A stretch of DNA of 64,000 nt from Bacillota bacterium (GTDB lineage Bacteria > Bacillota > Clostridia > TANB77 > CAG-465): positions 3,168 to 67,167 of the forward strand of contig JAEYPQ010000023.1 in the NCBI GenBank assembly GCA_023410645.1. Reading direction: 5' to 3'. Under the pieces are notes generated by a model that searched no databases, was not told where the DNA came from, and saw nothing but the letters and a program-made list of their open reading frames with translations. Of this stretch, positions 39,740 to 49,599 are shown one piece after another; position 1 is the first letter of the stretch; each line of letters starts with the position of its first letter. The translations under genes and the position numbers were made by a program.

Positions 39740-40315
39740 TTATAATACTTTTTCTTTATATCTTTTTATAAGTAATGGAATTGTTGCAAAATTCAAGTAA
39801 TAACATATAAGGCACCATGATAGTAAACTAAAATCTATAATTGTTTTAGTAATTATTATTCCTTTATAAAAAAATAAAATAGAAGATGTTACAAATAAAA
39901 TTATTATAGTTAGTTTATGCAATGATTTATATTTTATCTTAATAAATAGAAATGATAAAATTAATGTCAATACCAGACTTACTATTCCAAATGTTATATT
40001 TAACTCATTTACTATGTTAAAAAATGTTGTTATTTGCTCCTCAGAATTATAAAATTCTTTAATAATTGCATTAATATAATGTGAGTTCAATAAAAATATG
40101 TGATATGTGGAAAATATTAAAGATACAATTCCGATAGTTAATACAATGGTTTTAAGTTTAGTTTTATTATATAAAATAATCAAATTTATTATATTTAATA
40201 TTATAAAAAATATTAATGAATAAAAAAAATACAAATTTAACACCTCAATGATATTATTTAAAATAATTATATCATAATTGGAAAAAAAAACAAAGTTTAT
40301 GGTAATAAATTCCAT
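39740..40315 (-). CDS. Hypothetical polytopic membrane protein
   Basis: ORF with at least 5 hydrophobic segments. Confidence 0.45.
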   Translation of the reverse strand: MEFITINFVFFSNYDIIILNNIIEVLNLYFFYSLIFFIILNIINLIILYNKTKLKTIVLTIGIVSLIFSTYHIFLLNSHYINAIIKEFYNSEEQITTFFNIVNELNITFGIVSLVLTLILSFLFIKIKYKSLHKLTIIILFVTSSILFFYKGIIITKTIIDFSLLSWCLICYYLNFATIPLLIKRYKEKVL

Positions 40316-40428
40316 AATATTGATTTACATATATATTTTTGTATTTTACATAATAGTAAATATCTACTTTACTTATTCATATATGCATGGTATAATATAC
40401 GTATAATCTAATCCGGAGGGAAAAAGAG

Positions 40429-42048
40429 ATGTTTAATGTAGTTTCAAAAAATATAGAAAAAATCACTATTATTAGCATATTTTTTTGTGTATTATTGTTT
40501 TCACAAAATGTCTTTGCTGACGAAGATAATATAACGTATAAAATACAATCTGAAGATAACACAAATCTTTCAGAAGAAGAATTAAAGAGTAAAGAAGAAA
40601 GATTAAATGTAATAAATGAATGCATTAATGAATTAAAGAAAAATTTAAGTGATATAACGAAAAGTTTTGAAGTTATCAGATCGCAAAAAGAATACGAGAC
40701 TTATCCTGCCATAAGACTTAATGTTGACACACCACTTTTTGGATTAATTTCTATTGTTAATAATAAACTTAAAATTACAAGTGAAGTATCTACTATTGAT
40801 GTCGCAACAGGTTTTTCTATTAAAGATGTGGTAAGACAAAATAATATCAAAGTACCAAGTCTTTCTGTTGGTTCATTAGTTGTACTTACACGTGATGTAA
40901 AATTAGATAAAGATATTACTATTTCAGATGCAGACACAGCTATATTATATCTTTTTAAGTATATAAAACAAACTGAAAATGTTAAGGATTTTTTAGATAA
41001 TCAGATTAATAAAATATTTGTAGAATATATACCTAAAGAAAAAAAAGATAAGATTGATGAAACTAATAAAAGGCTTGATAGTTTAAATCAAACATTACTT
41101 AATTTAGATGATAAGATTGTATCAATAAACCTTTTATATAGTGATAATGAAAATTATTCTAGTTATATTTCAGATTACAAAAAAATGTCTGACAATATAT
41201 ATGATTTGAAAACTAAATTGAAAAATATTTTAATTTCTGATAGTGATCTCCAACAAATACAGAAATCATGTGCAAATTTAGAGGCTTCTATTATTGATTT
41301 TTCAGAAAAAACTGACACTATTTACGTTGAAATTACTGCAAATGTTGACTTAATTAAAATGTTTAAAAATGTGAAAAAAGAGCTACATAATACAAGAGAC
41401 TTAATAAAATCATATATAGATAATTCATATGTAAAATCATCAGATAATACTAAATCAGACACAGATGAGAATAATGAAGTTAATAAAACTCAAACACAAA
41501 ATCAAGAAAAGATATATAGTGTTATATCAACTGAAAGTTTAGAAAATATTAATGATGATATAAGTAAAATTGATGAAATGATTATAAAATACATTCCATC
41601 TGATAGTTATATAACAGAGATACCAGAAGAAGTAATAAATAGAACTGATGTTATAAATGTTGAAAATCAAGGTGAATTAACAGCTAAAGATAAAGTAGAT
41701 ATTTTAAATAAGGTTACTAGCATATATAAAGATGTACTTCAAATTAAATACCAATTCTTTATAAATAATATAGATAACTTACTTCAAGATAGCACAAATA
41801 AAATTAATGATATAATTAAGTATTCAGATGAAAGTTCACTTAAGGATATTAGATATGTATATATTGACTTACCAAAAGAAATAAATTCTATTTTATCTAA
41901 GACAAATACTGGTTATTCAATTAAAACTATGGATTTAAATAATACACTAAAATCTGAATATGATAAATTATTACAATTGAATATAAATATTAGCAATATA
42001 TATAAAGAAAAAAATAAAAATAATGAAATAAATTCTGATAGACAATAA
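40429..42048 (+). CDS. Hypothetical secreted coiled-coil protein (signal peptide ...SQNVFA/DE)
   Basis: The N-terminal signal peptide is followed by a long acidic, heptad-rich sequence. The protein is 539 aa. Confidence 0.5.
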   Translation: MFNVVSKNIEKITIISIFFCVLLFSQNVFADEDNITYKIQSEDNTNLSEEELKSKEERLNVINECINELKKNLSDITKSFEVIRSQKEYETYPAIRLNVDTPLFGLISIVNNKLKITSEVSTIDVATGFSIKDVVRQNNIKVPSLSVGSLVVLTRDVKLDKDITISDADTAILYLFKYIKQTENVKDFLDNQINKIFVEYIPKEKKDKIDETNKRLDSLNQTLLNLDDKIVSINLLYSDNENYSSYISDYKKMSDNIYDLKTKLKNILISDSDLQQIQKSCANLEASIIDFSEKTDTIYVEITANVDLIKMFKNVKKELHNTRDLIKSYIDNSYVKSSDNTKSDTDENNEVNKTQTQNQEKIYSVISTESLENINDDISKIDEMIIKYIPSDSYITEIPEEVINRTDVINVENQGELTAKDKVDILNKVTSIYKDVLQIKYQFFINNIDNLLQDSTNKINDIIKYSDESSLKDIRYVYIDLPKEINSILSKTNTGYSIKTMDLNNTLKSEYDKLLQLNINISNIYKEKNKNNEINSDRQ

Positions 42049-42082
42049 AATTTTCATGTACAAAGGAGAATATATAGTTATG

Positions 42083-43870
42083 CAAAATATTACAAGGCAG
42101 GACTTGCTAAATGTTGAAAAACCCGCCAGATATGTTGGTGGGGAATATAATCAGGTTATAAAGCCAAAAGAACATATCAAATGTAGGTTTGCATTTTGCT
42201 TTCCAGATGTTTATGATATAGGAATGTCTAATCTAGGAATGAAAATATTATATAATGTATTAAATAATAGATATGATACATGGTGTGAAAGAGTGTTTGC
42301 ACCATGGTATGATTTTGAAAATGTAATGAGGTCAAAGAAATCTCCTTTATATGCATTAGAATCAAAGGATCCCATAAGTGGTTTTGATATTATCGGTTTT
42401 ACCCTGCAATATGAAATGAGCTATACTAATATTTTAAATATGTTAGATTTATCAGGTATACCAATCTTTTCTAAGGATAGGGAAAATTCTTTCCCTTTTG
42501 TTATTGCTGGTGGACCTTGTGCTTCAAATCCTGCTCCTTTGAGTAAATTTATTGATATATTTTTACTTGGTGAAGGTGAAGAATTGTTAAATGATATTGT
42601 AGAAAAGTATATAATATGGAAAGATGCAAAGCTTCCCAAAATTGAATTTTTAAATAGCATAAAGGATATTCAAGGTGTATATATACCAAGATTACATACT
42701 AAGGATGATATAATAAAAAAAGTTGTAATTAAAGATATGGATAGTGTTATATATCCAACTAATTTTGTTGTTCCAAATACAGATATAGTTCAAAATAGAA
42801 TATCACTTGAAGTATTCAGAGGTTGTAGTAGAGGATGTAGGTTTTGCCAAGCAGGATACATATATAGACCAGTTAGAGAAAAGTCATCTTCAAAAATAAT
42901 TGATTTAGCAAGGGAATCTATTTGCAGAACTGGATTAAATGAAATTTCACTTTCCTCACTTAGCACTAGTGATTATTCTGAATTTAGTGAACTAACTAGT
43001 GAGTTACTTAAATTATGTGAAAGTAAAAAAATTGGAATTTCACTACCATCATTGAGAATAGACTCGATAAATCTAGAACTTCTAAAAAAAGTACAAGCTG
43101 TAAGGAGAGCTTCACTCACACTTGCACCTGAGGCAGGAAGTCAGCGATTAAGAGATGTAATAAATAAAAATATAACTGAAGAAGAAATACTGCAAGGATG
43201 TAGATTAGCTTTTGAAAATGGTTGGTCATCAATAAAATTATACTTTATGATAGGTCTTCCTACTGAAACTTATGAGGATTTAGAAGCAATAGTAATTCTT
43301 GCAAATAAAATAGTAGATGAATTTTATAGTATTCCAAAAAATAAAAGAGTTTCTAAATGTACTGTTACGATTAGTACTTCAACTTTTGTTCCAAAACCAC
43401 ATACGCCATTTCAGTGGTTTAGTCAAAATACAATTGATAAGATCGAATTAAAGCAACAATTTCTAAAAGAAAGACTTAATAGAAAAAATATTAAGTATAA
43501 TTGGCATAATCCTAAAATAAGTGTACTTGAAGCTGTAATATCACGTGGAGATGAAAAAATAGGTGATTTAATATATGAGGCTTTTAGAAATGGTGCTAAA
43601 TTTGATAGTTGGGAAGAAATGTTAAATTTTGAAGCTTGGGAAAAAGCATTTAAAAATATTGGAATAAGTGTAAAAGATTATGCAAATAAAGAATATAATT
43701 TGGATTATATTTTCCCTTGGGATAATATAATGCATGGGGTAGAAAAATCATTTTTAAAAAGAGAATATGAAAAGGCAATAAATTCAGACACTACTCCAAA
43801 CTGCATGTTAAAATGTTCTACATGTGGAGTTACTAGGATATCTGAGTGTAAGTTTATAAATAATAAATAA
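42083..43870 (+). CDS. Radical SAM protein (TIGR03960-like, of uncharacterised function)
   Basis: CSRGCRFCQAG provides a CxxxCxxC motif. The N-terminus is ...VEKPARYVGGEYN. The RBS AAGGAG precedes the ATG at 42083. Confidence 0.65.
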   Translation, partial: QNITRQDLLNVEKPARYVGGEYNQVIKPKEHIKCRFAFCFPDVYDIGMSNLGMKILYNVLNNRYDTWCERVFAPWYDFENVMRSKKSPLYALESKDPISGFDIIGFTLQYEMSYTNILNMLDLSGIPIFSKDRENSFPFVIAGGPCASNPAPLSKFIDIFLLGEGEELLNDIVEKYIIWKDAKLPKIEFLNSIKDIQGVYIPRLHTKDDIIKKVVIKDMDSVIYPTNFVVPNTDIVQNRISLEVFRGCSRGCRFCQAGYIYRPVREKSSSKIIDLARESICRTGLNEISLSSLSTSDYSEFSELTSELLKLCESKKIGISLPSLRIDSINLELLKKVQAVRRASLTLAPEAGSQRLRDVINKNITEEEILQGCRLAFENGWSSIKLYFMIGLPTETYEDLEAIVILANKIVDEFYSIPKNKRVSKCTVTISTSTFVPKPHTPFQWFSQNTIDKIELKQQFLKERLNRKNIKYNWHNPKISVLEAVISRGDEKIGDLIYEAFRNGAKFDSWEEMLNFEAWEKAFKNIGISVKDYANKEYNLDYIFPWDNIMHGVEKSFLKREYEKAINSDTTPNCMLKCSTCGVTRISECKFINNK

Positions 43871-43898
43871 TAAATAATTTGAAAGTGTGGTGATATAG

Positions 43899-44369
43899 TT
43901 GGATAAAAAAGTTTTTAAAGATAAAAGTAAGGTATGTATTAAAAATAGGGAGATAACCTTTAAGTATGAAATTATAGATAGTATAGAATGTGGAATAGAA
44001 CTAAAAGGAACAGAAGTAAAATCTATCAGAGAGTCAATGTGCAATTTGAAAGATAGTTTTGCAATAATATACGGTAGAGAAATAATACTTAAAAATATGC
44101 ATATTAGTCCTTATGAACATGGCAATATAAATAATGTAAATCCAACTAGAGATAGAAGACTTCTATTACACAAAAAGGAAATATTAAAGTTTAGTAATAG
44201 TATAAAACAAGGTGGTTTTGCATTAATACCAAGTAAATTATATACATCTAGAAGTTTAGTAAAAATTGAACTTTGTCTTTGTAAAGGTAAGAAACTTTTT
44301 GATAAAAGAGAAAGTATGAAAGAAAAGGATGCAAAAAAACAGATTAATATATTTAAAAATAATGATTAA
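43899..44369 (+). CDS. smpB: SsrA-binding protein SmpB
   Basis: FKYEIIDSIECGIELKGTEVKSIR... and the C-terminal basic tail are typical SmpB. The start is TTG. Confidence 0.85.
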   Translation: MDKKVFKDKSKVCIKNREITFKYEIIDSIECGIELKGTEVKSIRESMCNLKDSFAIIYGREIILKNMHISPYEHGNINNVNPTRDRRLLLHKKEILKFSNSIKQGGFALIPSKLYTSRSLVKIELCLCKGKKLFDKRESMKEKDAKKQINIFKNND

Positions 44370-44371
44370 AA

Positions 44372-44398
44372 ATGTAGATATTATATCTACATTTTTTA
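44372..44398 (+). terminator. Intrinsic terminator after smpB
   Basis: ATGTAGATA-tta-TATCTACAT followed by T6. Confidence 0.7.
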
Positions 44399-44491
44399 TA
44401 CTTAATTTTATTTTCGTTATAATTTTTTAGCAGTAAAAAAGAGAGCTTTTTGCTCCCATTTTTATATCAAGAAAATAAATTACAAGGAAGA

Positions 44492-44791
44492 CTATTGTGG
44501 TGATAAAATCTCACCACTGCAAGTGATTGATTGCCTACAATTTGTCCCTGGCAGTATACATGTTTGTGGATAACTAGTGTATATATTACGTATAAATACA
44601 TTTACTCCATTTTGCATAAGAACAGTAAAATATGTATCTGTAACTCTTACTATATTTAGAGTGTAATTATTAAATAAATTAATAGTTTGATTAACGCTTG
44701 TTACTGTTATTTCTCTTTCATATATGTGTTTGCAGCAACATTCATCAGTAAAACACTCAATTAAATTTAAACGAACATTAAAATCATTCAA
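44492..44791 (-). CDS. Small Cys-rich hypothetical protein (99 aa, contains IECFTDECCC)
   Basis: ORF with a TTG start preceded by GAGAGGTGAT. Confidence 0.35.
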   Translation of the reverse strand: MNDFNVRLNLIECFTDECCCKHIYEREITVTSVNQTINLFNNYTLNIVRVTDTYFTVLMQNGVNVFIRNIYTSYPQTCILPGTNCRQSITCSGEILSPQ

Positions 44792-44892
44792 TTATATCAC
44801 CTCTCTAAATAGTACAACATACTACAGTTTCAGCACATTCAATACTTGTTGCACCAACAAAAACTCTAAAACTTCCATTAGGTGTTGGTAAA

Positions 44893-45150
44893 TCAAATAT
44901 CTTGTAACCGCCCGCTAGGAATGTTAAAAATTAAATTTGGAATTTGATCCGGGTTTGATAGCTGTATTGTAGCAGCAGAAGGAGTTCCAGTTATAAATTT
45001 TATACTATATCCAAAGCTAAGAGGGATAATGCTATTTGGATTAACGTTAGTATATACATTATCTATTCTTCTTGATATTCCATTTTGGCAAGCTCTTTGA
45101 CGTACAGCCAAAGTATAACAAAATCTATCCATATAAACACCTCTATACAT
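44893..45150 (-). CDS. Small hypothetical protein (85 aa)
   Basis: ORF only. The intervening 100 nt encode, in a third frame, a related Cys-rich peptide (ATSIECAETVVCCTI). Confidence 0.3.
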   Translation of the reverse strand: MYRGVYMDRFCYTLAVRQRACQNGISRRIDNVYTNVNPNSIIPLSFGYSIKFITGTPSAATIQLSNPDQIPNLIFNIPSGRLQDI

Positions 45151-45261
45151 TTGATATAGTATATTATGAAAAATATATATAAATTGTTAATAAATATAGG
45201 AATTATAGTTTGTTTTAAGTAAAAAATAATGATATAATTAGTTTAATTAAAGGAGGATTTT

Positions 45262-45738
45262 ATGGATGTATCAATGATAATGGAAAATATAAAGTTTAAT
45301 TATAGAGTAGCAGGAATGATAAGATATGGTGAAAAAATTTTATTACATAAAAGTAAAAATGATGAATTCTATGCTTTACCTGGTGGAAAAATAATGATTA
45401 GTGAGAATTCTAAAGAGGCATTAAAAAGGGAAGCCATGGAGGAATTTGGAAAAGAAATTATTGTAAATGATTTATTTGCAGTAGTTGAAAACTTTTTTAC
45501 ATTAAAATCTCAAAGATATCATGAGATTTTAATGATACATAATGCGTTAATTAAAAATGAACTTAATGAAGAAGAAAAAATAAAGATAATAGGAATTGAA
45601 AAAAGAGGGGACTTAGAGTTTATTTGGAAAAATGTCAAAGAAATTGAAACTACAGATTTAAGACCAGTAGCTATTAAAAATTTGATTATGCAAAATGATA
45701 ATAAAACAAAACATTTAATTAATATAGATAATAATTAA
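45262..45738 (+). CDS. NUDIX hydrolase
   Basis: Nudix box GGKIMISENSKEALKREAMEEFG. The RBS is AGGAGG. Confidence 0.75.
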   Translation: MDVSMIMENIKFNYRVAGMIRYGEKILLHKSKNDEFYALPGGKIMISENSKEALKREAMEEFGKEIIVNDLFAVVENFFTLKSQRYHEILMIHNALIKNELNEEEKIKIIGIEKRGDLEFIWKNVKEIETTDLRPVAIKNLIMQNDNKTKHLINIDNN

Positions 45739-45813
45739 TTGATCGATATTTATATAAATTGTTGTAAAGTAAATATAATTTTGGTATAATAAATAACATA
45801 AGGAGTGAAACTA

Positions 45814-46731
45814 ATGTTTAAAATGGGATATATTACAATAGTTGGTAAACCAAATGCAGGTAAATCAACATTAGTTAATAAATTGGTTGGATTTAAAGTA
45901 GCAATTACTACACCTAAACCACAAACAACAAGATTTAATATAAAAGGAATAATAACAAGTGATTCATCACAAATGGTTTTTATAGATACTCCAGGTGTTC
46001 ATAAACCAGAAAATAAGCTTGGAACATATATGATGGAAGGTGTTGAAAAATCAATAAATTCTGTTGATGTAATTATCTATTTAGTTGATGCCATAAAACC
46101 AAAGCTTGATTTGGTAAGTGAAAGAATAATAAAAAATATTGTAGAATCTAATAAAAAAGTAATACTTGCTATAAATAAAATTGATAAAATTGAAAAATCT
46201 AAAATACTTACTATTATTTCTGCATATAATGAATATATACATAAAATTGGAGGGTCTTTTAATGAAATTATTCCTATTTCAATATATAAGAATGATGGAA
46301 TAGAGGAATTAATAAAAAATATAGAAAAGTATTTGCCAGAAGGTGAAAAAATTTATTCGGATGATGAGATAACAGATATAACAGAAAAAGAAATAGTTGA
46401 AGAAATAATTAGAGAAAAAGCATTAAATAATCTTGATGAAGAAGTTCCACATGGAATAAAGGTTGAAGTTGAAAAATTTAAGAAAAGAAAAAATAGAGAA
46501 AAGCAAAGTGTTTATGATATTGAAGTAAATATCATTTGTGAAAAAAATTCCCATAAAGGAATAATTATAGGTAAAGATGGTTTAATGTTAAAGAAAATTG
46601 GTAGTGAATCTAGAAAAGAAATAGAGAATATGTTGGAAGATAAGGTAAATTTAAAATTATGGGTAAAGGTCAGAGAAAAATGGCAACAAAATGATAATTA
46701 TCTAAAAAACATTAAAGAAAAATATGATTAA
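45814..46731 (+). CDS. era: GTPase Era
   Basis: G1 motif GKPNAGKST, G3 motif DTPG and a C-terminal KH domain. The start is the ATG at 45814 after AGGAGTGA. Confidence 0.9.
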   Translation: MFKMGYITIVGKPNAGKSTLVNKLVGFKVAITTPKPQTTRFNIKGIITSDSSQMVFIDTPGVHKPENKLGTYMMEGVEKSINSVDVIIYLVDAIKPKLDLVSERIIKNIVESNKKVILAINKIDKIEKSKILTIISAYNEYIHKIGGSFNEIIPISIYKNDGIEELIKNIEKYLPEGEKIYSDDEITDITEKEIVEEIIREKALNNLDEEVPHGIKVEVEKFKKRKNREKQSVYDIEVNIICEKNSHKGIIIGKDGLMLKKIGSESRKEIENMLEDKVNLKLWVKVREKWQQNDNYLKNIKEKYD

Positions 46732-46818
46732 TCACGATTAATGTAACATTAAAAGCTATTACGAAATTTTTAGTATAGGCAATTATCATATGCATAAAAT
46801 AATAGTGTAGGTGGTATT

Positions 46819-46989
46819 ATGTATGAAAAATTAGCATGGAATAGTTTTTGTAAGACAGGTGATATAGAAAGCTTTTTAGAATATAAGAAACTTTCAGAAG
46901 CAGGATATAGTTATGAAAATGTGAAGGGTGAATTTTTAAGTGAATCTAATAAAAGTAAAGGGAATAGTAATAAAGGAAACACAATATAA
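46819..46989 (+). CDS. YqzL-like small protein (56 aa) between era and recO
   Basis: The ORF is MYEKLAWNSFCKTGDIESFLEYKK.... Its position is syntenic with Bacillus era-yqzL-recO. It overlaps the recO start by about 50 nt. Confidence 0.35.
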   Translation: MYEKLAWNSFCKTGDIESFLEYKKLSEAGYSYENVKGEFLSESNKSKGNSNKGNTI

Positions 46990-47695
46990 AGATAATGACA
47001 AGATAATTACAATTTTAACAGATAAATTAGGTAAAGTATCTTGTATTGCAAAAGGGGCTAAAAGAACAAATAGCCCCATACTTGCATGTTCTCAATATCT
47101 TGTATATAGTGAATTTATATTATATAAAGGCAATAATTTTTATTATATAAATTCTGCATCTGTTATAAATACCTTTTATAATTTAAGAATAGATTTGGAC
47201 AAGTTGCAAGTAGTCTTTGATTTAACTAAATTAATTCAGAATATTGTTGATGAAAATGAAGATACATCTTCAATATTGAAATTATTTTTAAATACCATAT
47301 ATGTAATTGAAAATTATGATAAAAATATTAAAGTTGTAGTTGCAACATTTAAGATTAAATTATTCGACTTACTAGGGTATTCACCTAGAATAGATAAATG
47401 TTCTATATGTGGAGAACAACTTTATAAAAAAGAAAATAATGAAGGAAAAAATGCAGATATAAAACTTAATAATATAATATATTATGATTATGTAAGTAAT
47501 ACATTTTGCTGTGAGGATTGTATTAAAGATAAAGATAAGAGAAGATATATAGAGTTATCAAAAACAAGTGTAATAGCTATAAAATATGTACTAGCATCAG
47601 AAATAAAAAAGATTTTTTCTTTTAATTTGAAAGAATCTAAAGATTATGAAATATTTGGACAAGTATATGCTGATACAATGTCAAATGGAATATAA
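46940..47695 (+). CDS. recO: DNA repair protein RecO
   Basis: N-terminal OB fold and a C-terminal Cys4 zinc finger (CSICGEQ...CCEDC). The start is GTG. Confidence 0.85.
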   Translation: MNLIKVKGIVIKETQYKDNDKIITILTDKLGKVSCIAKGAKRTNSPILACSQYLVYSEFILYKGNNFYYINSASVINTFYNLRIDLDKLQVVFDLTKLIQNIVDENEDTSSILKLFLNTIYVIENYDKNIKVVVATFKIKLFDLLGYSPRIDKCSICGEQLYKKENNEGKNADIKLNNIIYYDYVSNTFCCEDCIKDKDKRRYIELSKTSVIAIKYVLASEIKKIFSFNLKESKDYEIFGQVYADTMSNGI

Positions 47696-47697
47696 TA

Positions 47698-47732
47698 AAT
47701 CCTAGAAATAGTACTTTATTTCTAGGATTTAT
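47698..47732. terminator. Bidirectional terminator between recO (+) and the 572-aa gene (-)
   Basis: AATCCTAGAAATA-gtacttt-ATTTCTAGGATT. Confidence 0.6.
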
Positions 47733-47738
47733 TGAAAT

Positions 47739-49457
47739 TTATGAGAATACTAATGAAAATACTGATAAAACTTTTGTTAAAAAGTTTTCCTTCTTCTTGT
47801 AAAGTACTGGCAAGTTAGAAGAATTATTAAAATCAAATATAGAATATCTTTCAGATAATTTCAATAATTTAGAATGTATATCATTATTCTTATTAACAAT
47901 ACTTAATATACTAAAATTATCTTTTTCAACTGCTAAAACTAATTCAGAATCATTTAAATCAAATCTATAAAAGTTGTCTATTCCAAGATTAGAAAATTTA
48001 GGATATTTATTTTTTATTTCTGTGTAGATTCTTTCTATTTTATGTACATCACTATTCCTACTTGGATTATCAAGTAAATACTTCATATTATCAATTTGAA
48101 TTAGCTTTGTATTAGAGTTAATTAATTTCATTGAATTGTTCAAGTTACTAACTTCTACTAGTTGAATAAATGAATTATCAATGGTTATTGCAATAAGTGA
48201 GTAGTTATCATTATTATCATCTAGATTTATTTGTTTAAAACTTAAACTCTTATATATTTTAATATATTTATCACTAGATAATATTTCATTAATTAATGAA
48301 TATTTTATTTTTTGTGTTAAATTTGAAGCAGTATTTTCAGATGCGTTAAGAAGCTTCCTAGAGATTACATTAAAAATTGTATCTGTTAGTTTATCATTCT
48401 TTTTAATTAACATTTTTTCTAATTCTTTTAATTTTATAGAATAATCCATAATAGAATAAGATAGCTCATTTTCAACTAGATAATCAACTAAAGCATTTTG
48501 TAATAAATTAATATTATTTAAAATACTTTCTTCAAGTTCATTTATTTTTTCAGATAGACTAGAATCAATATTTAATTCATCACTATTTTCCTCAATATTT
48601 TCAGGAATTAATTTTAATAATGCAGATTTTATTGCTCTTTTTATCTTGGTATTTTCTTTTTCAAGTTCATTTGTATCTTTATTTAATATATTTTTCTTAA
48701 TTTCAATATAGTTTTTATCTAATAATAAATTTAGATAACATAGTTTGTTATAATTTGAATACTCTTTACTAATATTATCAAATAATTCAAAAATATATTC
48801 TACTGTATTTGATGGAATCTTTTTAAATAGGATATCTAGAAACTTAATTGGTGATTTAGAAAACAAGTTTAAGTATAGATTTTCTTCCGAAATATTAAAT
48901 GTAAAACAAATCTGTTTTAAAATTTTTCCTTCCAAAAAATATATATCATTATCACTGCTTAGTTTGTTACCAATAAAATCGTTTTCATATGTTCTGTATG
49001 TTGGAAGTATGCTTAAAGTAGTAGGTGTAGTATGTAAAAGTCTACATACTAAATTAGAAGTAATAGCCCTGTTTAACCCATAATTTTTATGCATAATTTT
49101 GTAACTATTTTTTGATATAGCAGCAGAGGAGTAGCCAACATTGTACACACCATCAGAAATTTCATTTGTTGATAATATATATAAAATGCGTAAATATACA
49201 GATTCTAGATTAGATAAATCCCTTATATATAATTCTTTTTTTATTGAATCATAATATCCAGACTTATAATCAAGTGATATATCATTTCCTATTAAAACTG
49301 TATTTATGTTATCAAATAATTTTTTTTGCAATTTTTTCTTTTCACTAGATGTTATATATCCAAAATAGATTAATTTTTCAAATAATTCATCAACTACATC
49401 AATAAATTCATTATTTACATTGCATTTTTCTTTTAGTTTTTCTAAATAATTAATCAT
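47739..49457 (-). CDS. Large hypothetical protein (572 aa, Asn/Lys/Ile-rich, no recognisable motif)
   Basis: Long ORF with a terminator downstream and no overlap with neighbouring genes. Confidence 0.5.
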   Translation of the reverse strand: MINYLEKLKEKCNVNNEFIDVVDELFEKLIYFGYITSSEKKKLQKKLFDNINTVLIGNDISLDYKSGYYDSIKKELYIRDLSNLESVYLRILYILSTNEISDGVYNVGYSSAAISKNSYKIMHKNYGLNRAITSNLVCRLLHTTPTTLSILPTYRTYENDFIGNKLSSDNDIYFLEGKILKQICFTFNISEENLYLNLFSKSPIKFLDILFKKIPSNTVEYIFELFDNISKEYSNYNKLCYLNLLLDKNYIEIKKNILNKDTNELEKENTKIKRAIKSALLKLIPENIEENSDELNIDSSLSEKINELEESILNNINLLQNALVDYLVENELSYSIMDYSIKLKELEKMLIKKNDKLTDTIFNVISRKLLNASENTASNLTQKIKYSLINEILSSDKYIKIYKSLSFKQINLDDNNDNYSLIAITIDNSFIQLVEVSNLNNSMKLINSNTKLIQIDNMKYLLDNPSRNSDVHKIERIYTEIKNKYPKFSNLGIDNFYRFDLNDSELVLAVEKDNFSILSIVNKNNDIHSKLLKLSERYSIFDFNNSSNLPVLYKKKENFLTKVLSVFSLVFS

Positions 49458-49555
49458 CTTTTTTCCTTCCTTCGTATATATTTCAAATATATTATATTTT
49501 ATATCAAATAAAAAGAATATGCAATATGATTTAGTTAAATAATGTTAAAATAAAC

Positions 49556-49590
49556 AATAAAAAATCACTGAGTTATTCAGTGATTTTAAA
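49556..49590 (-). terminator. Intrinsic terminator of glmU
   Basis: AAAATCACTGA-gttat-TCAGTGATTTT. Confidence 0.6.
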
Positions 49591-49599
49591 ATTAAGAAT

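Noticed and set aside
44370-45260. Expected tmRNA (ssrA) downstream of smpB
   Set aside because: I searched both strands for the tRNA-like 3' end (GGTTCGA.TCC...CCA) and a GGGG 5' end and found none. ssrA is evidently encoded elsewhere.
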